64,000 nt of DNA. Origin: Haliotis rubra. Lineage: Eukaryota. Shown piece by piece: positions 50,371 through 63,270 of this stretch; the stretch's first letter is position 1; each line of letters starts with the position of its first letter. The notes below the pieces were generated by a model, which ran no database searches, was not told the origin of the DNA, and worked only from the letters and a program-made list of their open reading frames with translations. The translations under genes were made by a program, and so were the position numbers. The stretch is taken from positions 2,418,001 to 2,482,000 of the forward strand of contig NW_025767080.1 of the NCBI RefSeq assembly GCF_003918875.1, written 5' to 3'.

Positions 50371-51589
50371 CTTTGGTCCTTTTTCAGTTTTGTTAAGGCA
50401 CCGTTGTAGTTGTCTTTCTATTGTATGCATATTCTTACCACGACAAGAACACAATTGTTCAAAACTTTAGTAGGAGTGTTCAAACTGATGCTACAAAGTG
50501 TGACGGATAGGATGCTGCCTTGAGGGACGCCATGATCTTGAAACAAAAGACAAACAATGCCCAGAGAAGCCTACATCGTAGAAGCACAAATGCCAAAGAA
50601 AAGAATTCCCCACAAAAAGCATACACAGTAAGAATCGCATACAAGACAAACGCACAAATCAACAATATTGAATCGTACACACAAGACAATAAACGACCAT
50701 TGGTTATGCAAATATAAACAGCCAATTAAACGGTATACTATCACAGCATATATGATCAAACACACGTCTGAATAAATACAATACAACAACGCACTTAACC
50801 CACTACCTGTGCGATCAATGTGCTCATTGTATAAGTCATTAACCTATATGCCAAGTACGTCTTTCCTCTACTTCCTATTGATAACGGGAATATTAATCAG
50901 ACAAGTGAAGTCGAACCGTAAACAACAAAACCTGATCTGGAACAAGTGGACCAGGTAACTGTTTTGTTGTCGCGACATCTTCCCTCTTAAGGCGTGGCTT
51001 TGTGGACATCAATTAATCCCTTCATTCACGGACATGTTTTGAAATGTAGTTAATACGAGAGCTGGAAGGACATTGATCACAATCAAGCAGCTCTCGTGTC
51101 GTCTGCTGCCTGCTCTTCCCGCCAAATCGATCTCATAATGAACACATCATCGACGGCTTTATTAGCGAGTGTAGTAATTTCCGGTCGCATCTGATAAATG
51201 GTCATATTATGCAATTATCGCGAGGCGAGTGCACACATAGGCTTCTCATAGCCAAACAAAGAGCCTTCTATCAGCAGATAGCAAATATTAGTGTCAAATT
51301 TGGATGTTGTTGGCACCATTGTAACACGAAAGAGGCTAAATGCTCGTCGTCTGATTTCCTCATGGTCTGTAGTGATGGTACTCCAATTCCCCTCAACGAA
51401 ATACACCCCGGACGAAATTACTCTTAATTTGCGAGATACGCTTGCGGTCTAAAATAGTCTTCGGAAATGATATTGGAAGGAGCTTCACAGCTTTTCTAAT
51501 GTCCTGTCTATCACCTGTCAACATCACAGTCAAGAGGCAACCTGTAATTTGCTTTTCATTGTTCAAAATTCATTTTTCCTAAACTTGAT

Positions 51590-52120
51590 ATTTGTGGCTC
51601 GTGATCCGAGTGAGGAGGAGTGTTTATTCAGTGAGCACGCGCACCTACTGCACGTGCAAGTGACGCACGAGTCCGTCAAAGCAACCTTTCTCGCGGAATC
51701 TCGCTCTTAAGTCAATGAGGCGGAGAGTTCCCACGAGAAATATTCCTACCACTTTTAATTAGTCGATGTTATTGATGACAACAGTGCGACTGACAAGGAA
51801 ACAACACACCTTAATATGAAAGCAAAATTTAGCGTTCATATTACAAATGGATCCGAGTGGCATTTACAAAGACGGACGCTGTAAGGTGTAACAAATGCGA
51901 GAAAGAAGGTTACAAAGCGCTTTTTTGTGCGACCCAATACGTTACAGCATTGATTTCTAGAACGATGGCTTTACCCGTCTAACGCTATCAGCCGCCATCT
52001 CTCGCTGGGTCGCGTTACTCACGCTGTCCTATCAACAGGTCCTTGCGCGCCGTGTCCCGTCTACAAACTCAGGCCACAACAATTTGCGTTCGCGTTCCTT
52101 CCTTCCTGTCGAATGTTCAT
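51590..52120. promoter_or_regulatory. Candidate enhancer island
   Basis: CACGCG, CACGTG and CACGAG within about 51635-51672; TTCCCACGAGAA at 51728; CpG-rich. Confidence 0.3.
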
Positions 52121-52944
52121 GTCGGAACAATGTTGATATTACTATTTACTCAGCAGGGTCTGCTTACTCTGTTTAGATACAGAGTTACCTGACATTTGAG
52201 GAGAATATACATGTACAGTCAAACACCGTTGGGTAGAATACTTCGAGTTATCAGAGGTTCGACACATGCGAACAAAATATGAACTTAAAGAGACAAAAAG
52301 ATTCCACAGGGGGCAAACTTTTACTTCGAGACAATAATACATTCGACATATCATAGTTCGGCACAACGCTGTTTGAATGTATACGATTTTATAGGAATAA
52401 GATGTTCATGTTTTGCTATTATATCCTCGTGGACATCCCGGAAAGCTCTATACAGCCTGTAGCATGACCATGGTGTCAGTGCACACATATAATTTCTTCC
52501 TGAATGTTTAATGGGGGAACATACATCTTTTCTTCAGAAATACGCGCGAAATAAAGTGCTTCATTTGTAGTTTACAAAATGACAAGTGTGTGGAAAATAC
52601 CCAAACGCTAGTATATTAATGTGATATCTGTTTCTTGTATTTGACCAATGTTAAATAACTCCACCAATTGCCTTGTGGGATTCTGTGGCACAAACAGATC
52701 CTGACTTACAAACCTTCGGTGGATTCATGGGGAAATAGGTCCTGTTAGCTTCAGGTGTCCATCCATGGGTATTCCAGTTCCTTTCTTCCTGGTATCCACG
52801 CACCTGTCTCCGGTAGGGTGAATATCAGGTCGGAATATATGTGGAGGCCAAGGACCCATGCGCCTACCTGTGGGTTGGTTGAAAATGTAAGGTGAGGTCA
52901 CCTGGATCCAAACCAATCTCCATGTTGTGCCCAATCTCGTACAG

Positions 52945-54197
52945 ATAACTCATATCAATAATGGTCTCCTTGTTGATTCCTAAAGCCAAGAGATTACCTG
53001 TACCCACACAGATCTTTTCTTTGGGGACCCCAGGAGAACAGATCAGCTCTACCCATGCTGGTTTCTGCGTTGGGATCCCAAAGCCAACAGATTTCCTATA
53101 TCCAAAAATGTCTCCTAGTTGGATTCTGAAAACGAACAGATCGCTTGTATCAAAACGGGTCTCCTGGTTGGATCCGAAAACGGAAAAATCGCTTGTATCA
53201 ATACGGGTCTCCTAGTTGGATTCCGCAAACGAACAGATCGCTTGTATCAAAACGGGTCTCCTGGTTGGTTAACTAAAACCAACAGATCGCCTTTATCAGT
53301 ACGGGTCTCCTCGTTGAGATCTCAAAGCCAACAGATTGCCTGTATCAGTACGGGTCTCCTCGTTGAGATCCCAAAGCCAACAGATCGCCTGTATCAGTAC
53401 GGGTCTCCTCGTTGAGATCCCAAAGCCAACAGATCGCCTGTATCAGTACGGGTCTCCTCGTTGAGATCCCAAAGCCAACAGATCGCCTGTATCAGTACGG
53501 GTCTCCTCGTTGAGATCCCAAAGCCAACAGATCGCCTGTATCAGTACGGGTCTCCTGGTTGAGATCCCAAAGCCAACAGATCGCCTGTATCAGTACGGGT
53601 CTCCTCGTTGAGATCCCAAAGCCAACAGATCGCCTGTATCAGTACGGGTCTCCTCGTTGAGATCCCAAAGCCAACAGATCGCCTGTATCAGTATGGGTCT
53701 CCTCGTTGAGATCCCAAAGCCAACAGATCGCCTGTATCAGTACGGGTCTCCTCGTTGAGATCCCAAAGCCAACAGATCGCCTGTATCAGTACGGCCAACA
53801 GATCGTCTCCTCTCCTCGTTGAGATCCCAAAGCCAACAGATCGCCTGTATCAGTACGGGTCTCCTGGTTGAGATCCCAAAGCCAACAGATCGCCTGTATC
53901 AGTACGGGTCTCCTCGTTGAGATCCCAAAGCCAACAGATCGCCTGTATCAGTACGGGTCTCCTCGTTGAGATCCCAAAGCCAACAGATCGCCTGTATCAG
54001 TACGGGTCTCCTCGTTGAGATCCCAAAGCCAACAGATCGCCTGTATCAGTACGGGTCTCCTCGTTGAGATCCCAAAGCCAACAGATCGCCTGTATCAGTA
54101 CGGGTCTCCTCGTTGAGATCCCAAAGCCAACAGATCGCCTGTATCAGTACGGGTCTCCTCGTTGAGATCCCAAAGCCAACAGATCGCCTGTATCAAT
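52945..54197. repeat. 49-bp minisatellite, about 25 copies
   Basis: Unit GCCAACAGATCGCCTGTATCAGTACGGGTCTCCTCGTTGAGATCCCAAA; degenerate left of about 53300 and near-identical to the right. No spacers. Confidence 0.97.
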
Positions 54198-55176
54198 ACA
54201 TGTCTGCCTGTGGGAATCTCACGGCAGAGTTTTCACATTTCCCAAAACAAATCGTTATGCAGCTCGTTTACATTGGCCTAACTCGATGTGCTTAGATAAC
54301 GAGGGTCATCCTAAAAGATATTGCACAATATGCGTAGCTACGTAGAATATCACAGCGCTAGGCTACAGTGCTAATTAAACTCTTCTGCTTCGCAAGGCTC
54401 CTTGGCATCATGTTATGGTAATACGTAAAGTGCAGACGGGGTCTTTGGAAATTTCATCACGTCGAGACGAAACAAATCATGCTGAATATTTTCAATAAAT
54501 ATTTTAATTTCATTTTTAATTGTAAGTCAGCCGTCTGGATATTACTGTAATAATGTAAACAAAGCGAAATGAACGTCAATTTTATCATTTTAATTGTTTT
54601 TAAATGTGCAGTTATGGTTGTGCTTATGATGATTAATAAAAGGCAGCGGTTGCGATTTCATATGTTCAACAAGATAGCTGAAATAGGCGTTTATACATGC
54701 ATTTCATTCAGAGATGTTAGTCTTGTTATAAGATGTAAAATGATCCCTAATAAAAATATGATCATGCGCATCGATCACCGGATTGTGAAGTTCTGTGGCA
54801 GTTGAACTTATTAAAGAATTATTCCTTATTCAGAAATGTCCATTTCTATATGGAAGCACCTTTAATCGTCTAGATTTAGATCGATACATGTATTGGTGCG
54901 TTTTAACGTATATATCCCTTGGGTAATAAAGGTTATCTCAATAAGAGATTATGTTCAATGATGTGATCGATATTTGCGATCGATGTGTTTCTTTCCCTTT
55001 ACCCCGTCATATAGCTGGAATATTGCTGAGTGCGGCGTAAAACTAAACTCATTCACTCTCCATTTACTAACACTATCCATATGTCTCTGGAAAAGAGTTA
55101 AACACCGCTACTATATGTATGTTTCTATAAAATAGTCAATTCCAGTATTAATTATCTGACGAAACACATTATTTTC

Positions 55177-55282
55177 CAGTCTAAGTAAACTTAGGCTCTG
55201 TATTATTCGTTACACCGTTAAGACACTGAGACTCAGTATAGCAGTGTAACGAATAATACTGAGCCTAAGTTTACTGAGACTG
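55177..55282. mobile_element. Foldback micro-MITE (106 bp)
   Basis: CAGTCTAAGTAAACTTAGGCTCTGTATTATTCGTTACAC...GTGTAACGAATAATACTGAGCCTAAGTTTACTGAGACTG; perfect 9-bp TSD ATTATTTTC (55168-55176, 55283-55291). Confidence 0.88.
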
Positions 55283-56131
55283 ATTATTTTCCTACACAAA
55301 GCCATACATGTAACCATGTGACACACAAATGATGCCACTTCATGGTTTCCAACGGGGGAATGTCGTCAAGTGCCATCTTTTAAAGTCTTTTGGTTTGGTC
55401 GAACTACCAACATTGAGATGTCGACACCTTAGAATATACCGATATGAAACCTTAAACTTTTAAAGTTCATTTGTTAGATTTTAATAAAAGAGCTGACGTA
55501 TAATTTCCTTAGCAATTAGCCCTTGTCATTTTGACGTAAAATCGCCTCTTTTGAAGTCAGTTTTTATCTCAGCTATTCTCTTATCGTCCCTTCTGATCCC
55601 AGCACGTGTCACATAACCTATTGTCCCATGTAAGCAGGGCTGGACGCCCACGGGGTACGCCAGTGTATTGGCGTCTTGTTATGGTAACCCATCCGCGCGA
55701 GTTGGGGCACACGGTCCTCGTATCGCACCTAACCAACGCCAGATCGACAACCGTACAGTGACACTTACGGCGTAACGAGAATATACCCGACAAATAAACA
55801 CATTGTAACGTGTCACAGGACAAGTGAACACATTGCCACGAGGATCCAGAGACAATCGTGATAATCCATCTGTGATATGAATAACGCGAGCAGCTGCCGT
55901 TCTGAAGACATCTATGACTGTTCTTTTTTTTCTCTTTTAACACTTGAAAAGTTTATTCTTTTATTGCTTAATTTTACACTGAACTTAACAACCCCCGGAA
56001 AAACCGTTCCATCTCTTTGCCGATCTGGGTGCAATTTATGACTTGAAAGCGACTTTGACGTTCTTAAGAACCTTAACAGCCTTTAATCCCATGTTCAAAT
56101 AAATAATTACTTATAGACAGTAGGCATTACT

Positions 56132-56790
56132 CATTACTCATTTTATACGTTGGTATTGACGGCTGAACTTATCATAGAGAGCCCTCGCAAGGTAGACATT
56201 ACTCTTTTTATACGTTGGTATTGACGGCTGAACTTATCATAGATAGCCCTCGCAAGGTAGACATTACTCATTTTATACGTTGGTATTGACGGCTGAACTT
56301 ATCATAGATAGCCCTCGCAAGGTAGACATTACTCATTTTATACGTTGGTATTGACGGATGAACTTATCATAGAGAGCCCCAATAAGGTAGACATTACTCA
56401 TTTTATACATTGGTATTGACGGCTGAACGTATCATAGAGAGCCCTAGCAAGGTAGACATTACTCGTTTTATACGTTGGTATTGACGGCTGAACTTATCAT
56501 AGATAGCCCTCGCAAGGTAGACATTACTCATTTTATACGTTGGTATTGACGGCTGAACTTATCATAGAGAGCCCCAATAAGGTAGACATTATTCATTTTA
56601 TACGTTGGTATTGACGGCTGAACTTATCATAGAGAGCCCCAATAAGGTAGACATTACTCATTTTATACCTTGTCATAGAGCTGAAACAGGACAGACATTA
56701 TTTGTTTTATACGTTGTCACGTGGGGATGAAACTAGGTAAATACCGCTCATGTTATACATTGTCATAAAGAGATCAAAACAGGTATTCAT
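56132..56790. repeat. 65-bp minisatellite, about 8 good copies plus a degenerate tail
   Basis: Unit CATTACTCATTTTATACGTTGGTATTGACGGCTGAACTTATCATAGA(G/T)AGCCC(TCGC/CAAT)AAGGTAGA. Confidence 0.95.
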
Positions 56791-58150
56791 TATTCAAATT
56801 CTGCTGTCAAGACTCCCTTGAAGTGGGGTGCATCCTTTGCTCATGTTACAGCTTAACAAAGGGTGCCAGAACACAGGGTAGACATTACACATATTGAACA
56901 TGTCAACCCGTCCCTGGAGTGGGGTAGTGTCATTACTCATGCTGGGAATGTCATGCCCCTTGTCTGCTCGGATGTCCTCATGGGGATAGGTTGAAGATGT
57001 TGTGGTGTTTTGTTGACAGTGTAGACGGGAACACCTGGGCATGTTGGCCCTCTGATACCCCGTCACCCGCTACCTTTCACCGGTAACATGATCTAAGGGA
57101 TGAGATGATGCAGAAGACACGAACAAGGTATTTCCCTCATCACCAACAAAGGACTTAAGCCTTCGGAACAAACGCTGTCAACTCGCAGAGTTGTCTGAGA
57201 GGACAGCTTCATGCATCACTAGGCTAGGCGCGTAGGATTAACGGCATCTCTGCACACCTTGGTCTTTGTTCCATTGGTAGGAAGCAAGAGGGCAGATGTG
57301 CCGGGCGACCAAGAGGCAGGAGACTTGGCTGGCTTGCCGATGATGGCGCGCTAGGACTGCTGGAGACACGCGTAGGCCACGCGACACCCCCTCGAGCTAC
57401 AAAGGGGCAGTCTCCCTTCACAAAGCATGATCTCAAATCAATAATGTCCCGGACAAAGAATAGACCTAAATTGGGAGTTTAACCCAGGTTTTATTTGCAG
57501 TGTGGGTACAGCTATTTTGGGTGGTTTATCTCGGGATGAATATGGGTTAGCTGGCGTGTGGGGCTATTAAGGAAAAGTCGGTTTATGGGGTGTGCAATAT
57601 TGTCTGTGTCATAATGATGGTGGTGGCATTTACACTACAGCTTTTTATGAAAGGCTATTCGGGTGCAGAAGAGACAAACACACTGGCATTGTGTATCTGA
57701 AGAACAACATTTTCCTTTATCCTGCGACTGTCCTGATCCTAGAAGTGCGACCTCATTTCTACGAGTCGTAATTATAATTTGTTGCAGAACAATATCACAT
57801 GATAATACATTGAACAGAGACGTAATTTCTATATATCTGCAGAGAAACATACCCTTGATTACATAATGCATTCTGATTCAAATTATTCACTCGACAAAAT
57901 ACGGATAAATATGTTTTAGTTGGGCACGATTTGGCCATCTAGTGAATCAAAGCTTACGGCTTGAGTCAAGATGAAAAAGAAAATGACAAAATAATAACTC
58001 ATAAAACTAGCATGTAATGTCATTATGATCGTAGGTCATGTTACTTGGTGTCGTAGATTTACGACGCAGCGTGACGTGATGTGACATTGACTCGTTGAAT
58101 GCATGGCGAGACCACTGTTGACACATGTCGTTAAATACACTTTCTGGCAA

Positions 58151-58292
58151 GGGGCGGTTGGGTAACTAAGTGGTTAGCCAAGATAGTCCGCTCGTCACGC
58201 AGACCCAGGTTCTAATATTGGTATAATATAAGCCCATTTTGTGGTGTCTCCCGCCTTGGTACTGTTCGTTTACCAGATGCGGCGTAAAAAGA
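58151..58292 (+). mobile_element. Old SINE family A copy
   Basis: GGGGCGGTTGGGTAACTAAGTGGTT...CGCTCGTCACG...GCCCATTTTGTGGTGTCTCCCGCC...GCGGCGTAAAA. Other old copies at about 19935-20040, 25010-25170 and 61935-62050. Confidence 0.7.
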
Positions 58293-59309
58293 TTTAACTA
58301 AAATACCTTTTTAAATATTGCAATCGATAAGAAAATATTCACAGATATGATAAATCGTCATGTGCGTGCACCATATTTCCAACCCATTATCCATCACCAG
58401 GAACGACTTGCATAACGGAACCACCCGGATTATCGAGGGGCCTTGTACAGTGAATCCCCTTAAATTTGGACAGTAACGTTCTTACCGAAACTGACCCGCA
58501 ATGAAAATGGATTCTGATTGACGAATCATTGTCTGTAATTTTGCTTTCTGGAATATTTAGTCGTCGACATGGAGACAAGGTTTCCGGTTTAACGAGGTCC
58601 GGACTCGCGAGGTTACACAGTGTCTGATGGAATTATGGTGTCGTCGGTAATATAGAACGTACATGTACATATACATGAGGCAGAACCCTTCTCCGATCAT
58701 GTACTTAATGAACAGTCACGACCCATAAATCTGGCAAAACGTTTATTCACCATTATTAGTCTATATCCGTACAATGTACGTGCGGTCAGTTCGGAAATAA
58801 TCATCGTGTGCGTATTTGTCAAACATATGCTTGAACGGACACTCCAAAAGGTCGGATTGATTTCTAGTAGACACCGGTGCACACAGGAAGTTGCTGCGCC
58901 AGGTATTTATTACATTCCTCCATTATAGGCTTTGTCAAGTACTCTCTGTAAGTAGGGCGTATTGATGTATTGGCGCGATGGAGATCAATAGAATTCGGTT
59001 GACCAGTGATAATGGTAATCAGTTATTTTAACTCGGCATGTCTACAATTCTTGACATCCTCTAAATCTCACGGAGTAGTTTCGCGGCTAATTCTTTGTGC
59101 TAGCGATCGAGTGAGCTGGAATTCAAATTTTGTTCAGACTCTTTACCATCGTTGAGACAATTTATTGTATTTATTACGGTATTTATAAAATGAACTATTT
59201 GGAATCATTGTATTATCACAGCCTGAGAAAAAAACGGAGATTTATTAAAATATAATGTGAGTCAGAGAATGTTGTTTGAATGACGGCGTCCTTTAAATAT
59301 TCAACCAGT

Positions 59310-59530
59310 ATGTTTGTCTGTTTGTTTGTTTGTTTGTTTGTTTAACGCAACACTCAACAATATTCCAGGAAAATGACGGCAGCCTGTACATAATGGAATA
59401 TCGACCACACAATCCAGTGATTGAAATCGTTATCATCGATTAATGTAACAGGGATACAGCAAGTACTAGTCTAACCACCTGATCCGTCGTCTTTCAGTAA
59501 AGGCTGGAGACAAAATGAAGCTCGGACCTT
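59310..59530 (-). mobile_element. Degenerate SINE family B
   Basis: (TTTG)n then TTTAACGCAACACTCAACAATATTCCAG...ACAATCCAGTGATT, the reverse complement of the family B tail and body. Confidence 0.7.
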
Positions 59531-59960
59531 TTATTAGTGTGGTAGACCAGTGGTTGAGAGTAGGAGAAAGGTTTGAACGATGATACACTCACACATTCTG
59601 ACCATCCGATCCTCAGCACAACCATGACGTATTTGGGAACACCTTTCACCTGAATCCCGACCGAGAAATCTTATACAATACATCGAGAGATAAAGGTTTT
59701 ATGCTTCATTTAGTTATATTTAAGATCATGACATACATGAAGCAAAGGTTTCAAAGAAAGAATAATTCATGTTGGGAATAGAACCCGGTTGTTGGGCGTC
59801 ACGAGCCGACTAAACACAAACTATGATACTCACGCTCGCTTTTTACCTCTCGAAGAAAAACAGTTTGATGTGTAAGACTTCCAACAGAAACTACAGACGC
59901 CAATACGTATCAATACCGCCCGATAGTCTTACAGCCTCGTGGTTAAATCATTCGCCAATC

Positions 59961-60133
59961 TGAGTGAGTGAGTGAGTGAGTTTTAGTTTTACGCCGCTTT
60001 TAGCAATATTCCAGCAATTCCGGCGGGGAATACCAGAAATGGGCTTCATACATTATACTCATGTGGAGAATCGAACCCGTGTCTTCGGTGTGACGAGCGG
60101 ACGCTTTAACCACTTGGCTACCCCACCGCCCCC
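59961..60133 (-). mobile_element. SINE family A nested in an older plus-strand family A copy (about 59930-60243)
   Basis: Consensus match with a (CTCA)n tail; the flanks reconstitute a decayed head (CAGCCTCGTGGTTAAA) and tail (AATATTGCTAGAAG..GCGTAGACCTCACTCA). Confidence 0.88.
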
Positions 60134-60379
60134 TTGTCACTGTGAAGGCCTGGCTTTTGTTCCCATGTGGGTAAAACGTGACCAGTCACGTGTGTTGTTA
60201 CTGCTCAAATATTGCTAGAAGAAGCGTAGACCTCACTCATTCCATATTATATTTTCCATAATTAGGACATACGCCAATTATTTGGTGAAAGGGAAGATGG
60301 TGAGTGAAGCCTGTGGGTTTAGTCGTACCAACCGGGGTGCCGATCTGTTACGAATCGCTAACAATATACAGAGCATGAC

Positions 60380-60552
60380 TGACTGACTGACTGACTGAGT
60401 TTGGTTTTCCGCCGCTTTTAGCAATATTCCAGCAACATCATGGCGGGAGACACCAGAAATGGGCTTCACACATTGTGCCCATGTGGGGATTCGAACCCGG
60501 GTCTTCGGCGTGACGAGCCAACGCTTTAACCATTAGGCTACCCCACCGCTCC
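60380..60552 (-). mobile_element. SINE family A, full length
   Basis: Consensus match with a (CAGT)n tail; CATGAC on both sides. Confidence 0.9.
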
Positions 60553-63270
60553 CATGACACAATGTACTTCATATCGAACATTGTGGGTTTTTTGAGTCCC
60601 GTGAAAATACTTTACTCGTCTAGATGACAGGTACTGACTGCATAATCCATCAAGGAGTAGGAAGCCCGAGTATTACAAGGTCTAATTCTACTGCATCCGC
60701 ACAATAATAGCTTGAAACCACGCATTGTGACGCATTTATATGACGTTACAGTCAGTTACAAAAGATTTCATAATAGCAAACGTGTTTGTCACGTTTTCGA
60801 ATGTTTTACTGAGAATCCCTACTAACGCGGTCATTTAATCCTTTAGTAGAGCAAAAGAAATCAGAGTGGGGTTAAATTAATGAGAATAGCAGCCATTTGC
60901 TTCTCTCGTACACGGGCAGAATTGACACTTATATTATAGCGAAGGCATCCAACTGCTTACAAGTCGCCGTGAGATGAATACTGTTTCCTGTGAACAGCGT
61001 CCGCAACTGCTTGGTAGGTCCATCACTGACCGCAGATCCACCTGGGTACTTTCCGGAAGAGATTCTAGAATGTATTCGACGTTGTCTTGGTTACCACTTA
61101 TGTTGGCATCCTTTCATGACGGCATTGATATGTAATTGTCATTTTCTAAGATCTAGGATGATTGCTGTAAAAACCATTACTGTTGACCTAAACTGACGAT
61201 AAAAGAGGCATTGCCAAGCTGAAATTTGGAACCTTGGGTCCAAACCCTGAATAATGCTCCATGGCTGCGAATCAACCGCCTAAGGTCGATGCTCACACTT
61301 TCTCTCCTCTATGTTAGAACTCATTCGGTGGCCCAGTGGTCTCATTCGCCGGCAATTGCTGTTCAGAGTTGCGTCCCTTGGGCACACAGCAACTCTGGTC
61401 GTGCCTGTTGGACCCGATTATGGTTCTTGGACTGACAGCACCATCTCCGTCCTCGTGGGTTTCACCAAAGTGGCAGTCGCTATAGCCCGAGAGAGCGAGC
61501 AGATGTTTACGCCACTTTAAGCATTACTAGTATCCTATCGACACTGACGGACAGAAGAAATGATTTCACATGTGACGACCATGTTGGGAATCGAACAGGG
61601 TCATCGGCGTGACGAGACCGTCTCGAGTTTTGTCCCACCGTTCACAAACAGCGGCATTAACTAATACACAAACCCAGTCTATAGTAGTCGAAATATCATG
61701 TACATTACAAAGCTTTTCCTTGAAGTTAAACAAGTTGTAAAACACTGGTGAAAGCGGCACTGAAAGTTGCCGTAACCGTCTGCAGAACGTCTAGTCACAG
61801 TTTGAAGTAAGGCATGGTGAAACGGAACTACGCAATCGTTGCGTAATTGCATGAAATAAATCTAGACTTAGGGAAAACGTTCCAAATATTTTCAATATTG
61901 TTAAGATTGTTGATAACTTCACATCACCGGATTAGTCAGTTTGGTTTTATGCTGCTTTGTTGCGAAATTCCAGAACCCGCCACATATCGTGTAGTGGGGA
62001 ATCGAACCCGGATTTTGGTGCGTCGAACGGTGTAACCACTTTAGCTGTGGCTTGGATTCCTTTTACCGAGCATGCAAACATTTTCTGCTGAACCCCTACT
62101 GTAACATAGGCTATCAGTTAAAGCCTAACCTTCGACGTCTGATGACATATATGCTGTCAACTGTAACTAGCACTTCCGGTACCAAAGTAACTTCAAATAT
62201 CTGTTTCAAGAACTATTACTGGGACTTTAAACACGAGACGCTTTCGACTTCTAATGTACTATTTGTAGCTGTCACTGTCTGTACTGAGACAAAACTCTCG
62301 AGTCTTATGTACTATAAGCATCTTCAACTACAGGTAGCGCAAACGTACAAAAGCATAACCCCAAGCATTAATATATGTGTCCTGAACTTGAGCTGGAAAT
62401 ATCGGTACAAGGGTACAACGTCGACATCTTATCTTATACGTTGACATCTTGAACATCAGCAAGCAGTATAAACACCAGTGCGTATATATCGACATCTAGT
62501 AAATGTCATTGTTTTATCGGCATTCTAGAAGTTAGAAAGTCAGTATTGAAGCATACGACTGTATTGGGTAATCTGCACCGAAACGTCGATGTATGCAAAA
62601 ACAAGAAACCGTTATCCAAAAAGTCGTGTGCCTCATTATTGTCCAATGAGTGTATTATATTTGTCTTTACCATTAGCTGGCACGGTTAGGACAACATATA
62701 CAGTAGTGTAAATGGACCACTAAGGATAGATATGACTTAGTTAAAATTTTAATTTCTTTTGTGTAGGGTCTCTGTGGTACCCACAGGAGGAATGCCACCA
62801 AAATTCAGAGGGAACGTTTAATATAAACAGTAGTATAATTGTCTTTAGCTGGAGCTAGTCTAAACTCCCGACATCTCATGTCATCGGCATCTAACACCAG
62901 CAGGAGTATACCAGAGAGGATCTTTCCACCTGTGTCATACCTAGAAACATGAGCGTGTATCATTAGATACACATATATATTATATATAAACAGCATCTAT
63001 GTTCAGAAGTACAACTACGACTGTCATTCGGAGCGATATCTAATGTACTAAAGTGATATGTGTCTCTTACTATAGCCAACAGTGTCCGTATACAGTGTAG
63101 CTGTATATATATCGTATATGTCTTTAAGTATCGCAGCTGAATAGCTCGAAATATCTATATCATATGTGTCGATAACTATCAGAAGGCCTTTCAGTTCAAT
63201 AGCGAAGCCCAAGGTATCCAGCGTGTAGTAGATATAGCATGAGTGTTTAACTATGAGTACCACCATAACT

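Larger units (their letters stand above)
47998..50455 (-). mobile_element. Decayed, 5'-truncated I/Nimb-clade LINE (RT C-terminal part, RNase H, zinc knuckle, 3' UTR)
   Basis: Minus-strand peptides with stops and frameshifts: SCRGKNMHTIERQLQRCLNK, TFLGLTFD, KTFLHFYRSVICSKIDFGYIVYG..QNQG*RLCLGAF, YVEAD, SDGSKD, IFIAEVYAI, IIFSDSLS, NYLKEIG. 3' tail GACGTTTAAGATATAA(CTCA)n. Confidence 0.88.

Noticed and set aside
52945-54197. CRISPR-like appearance of the 49-, 46-, 62- and 65-bp arrays
   Set aside because: Units are head-to-tail with no unique spacers, there are no cas genes, and the context is eukaryotic.
62540-62630. Functional hammerhead ribozyme
   Set aside because: Only the CGAAAC half of the core is present; no CTGANGA with a compatible stem.
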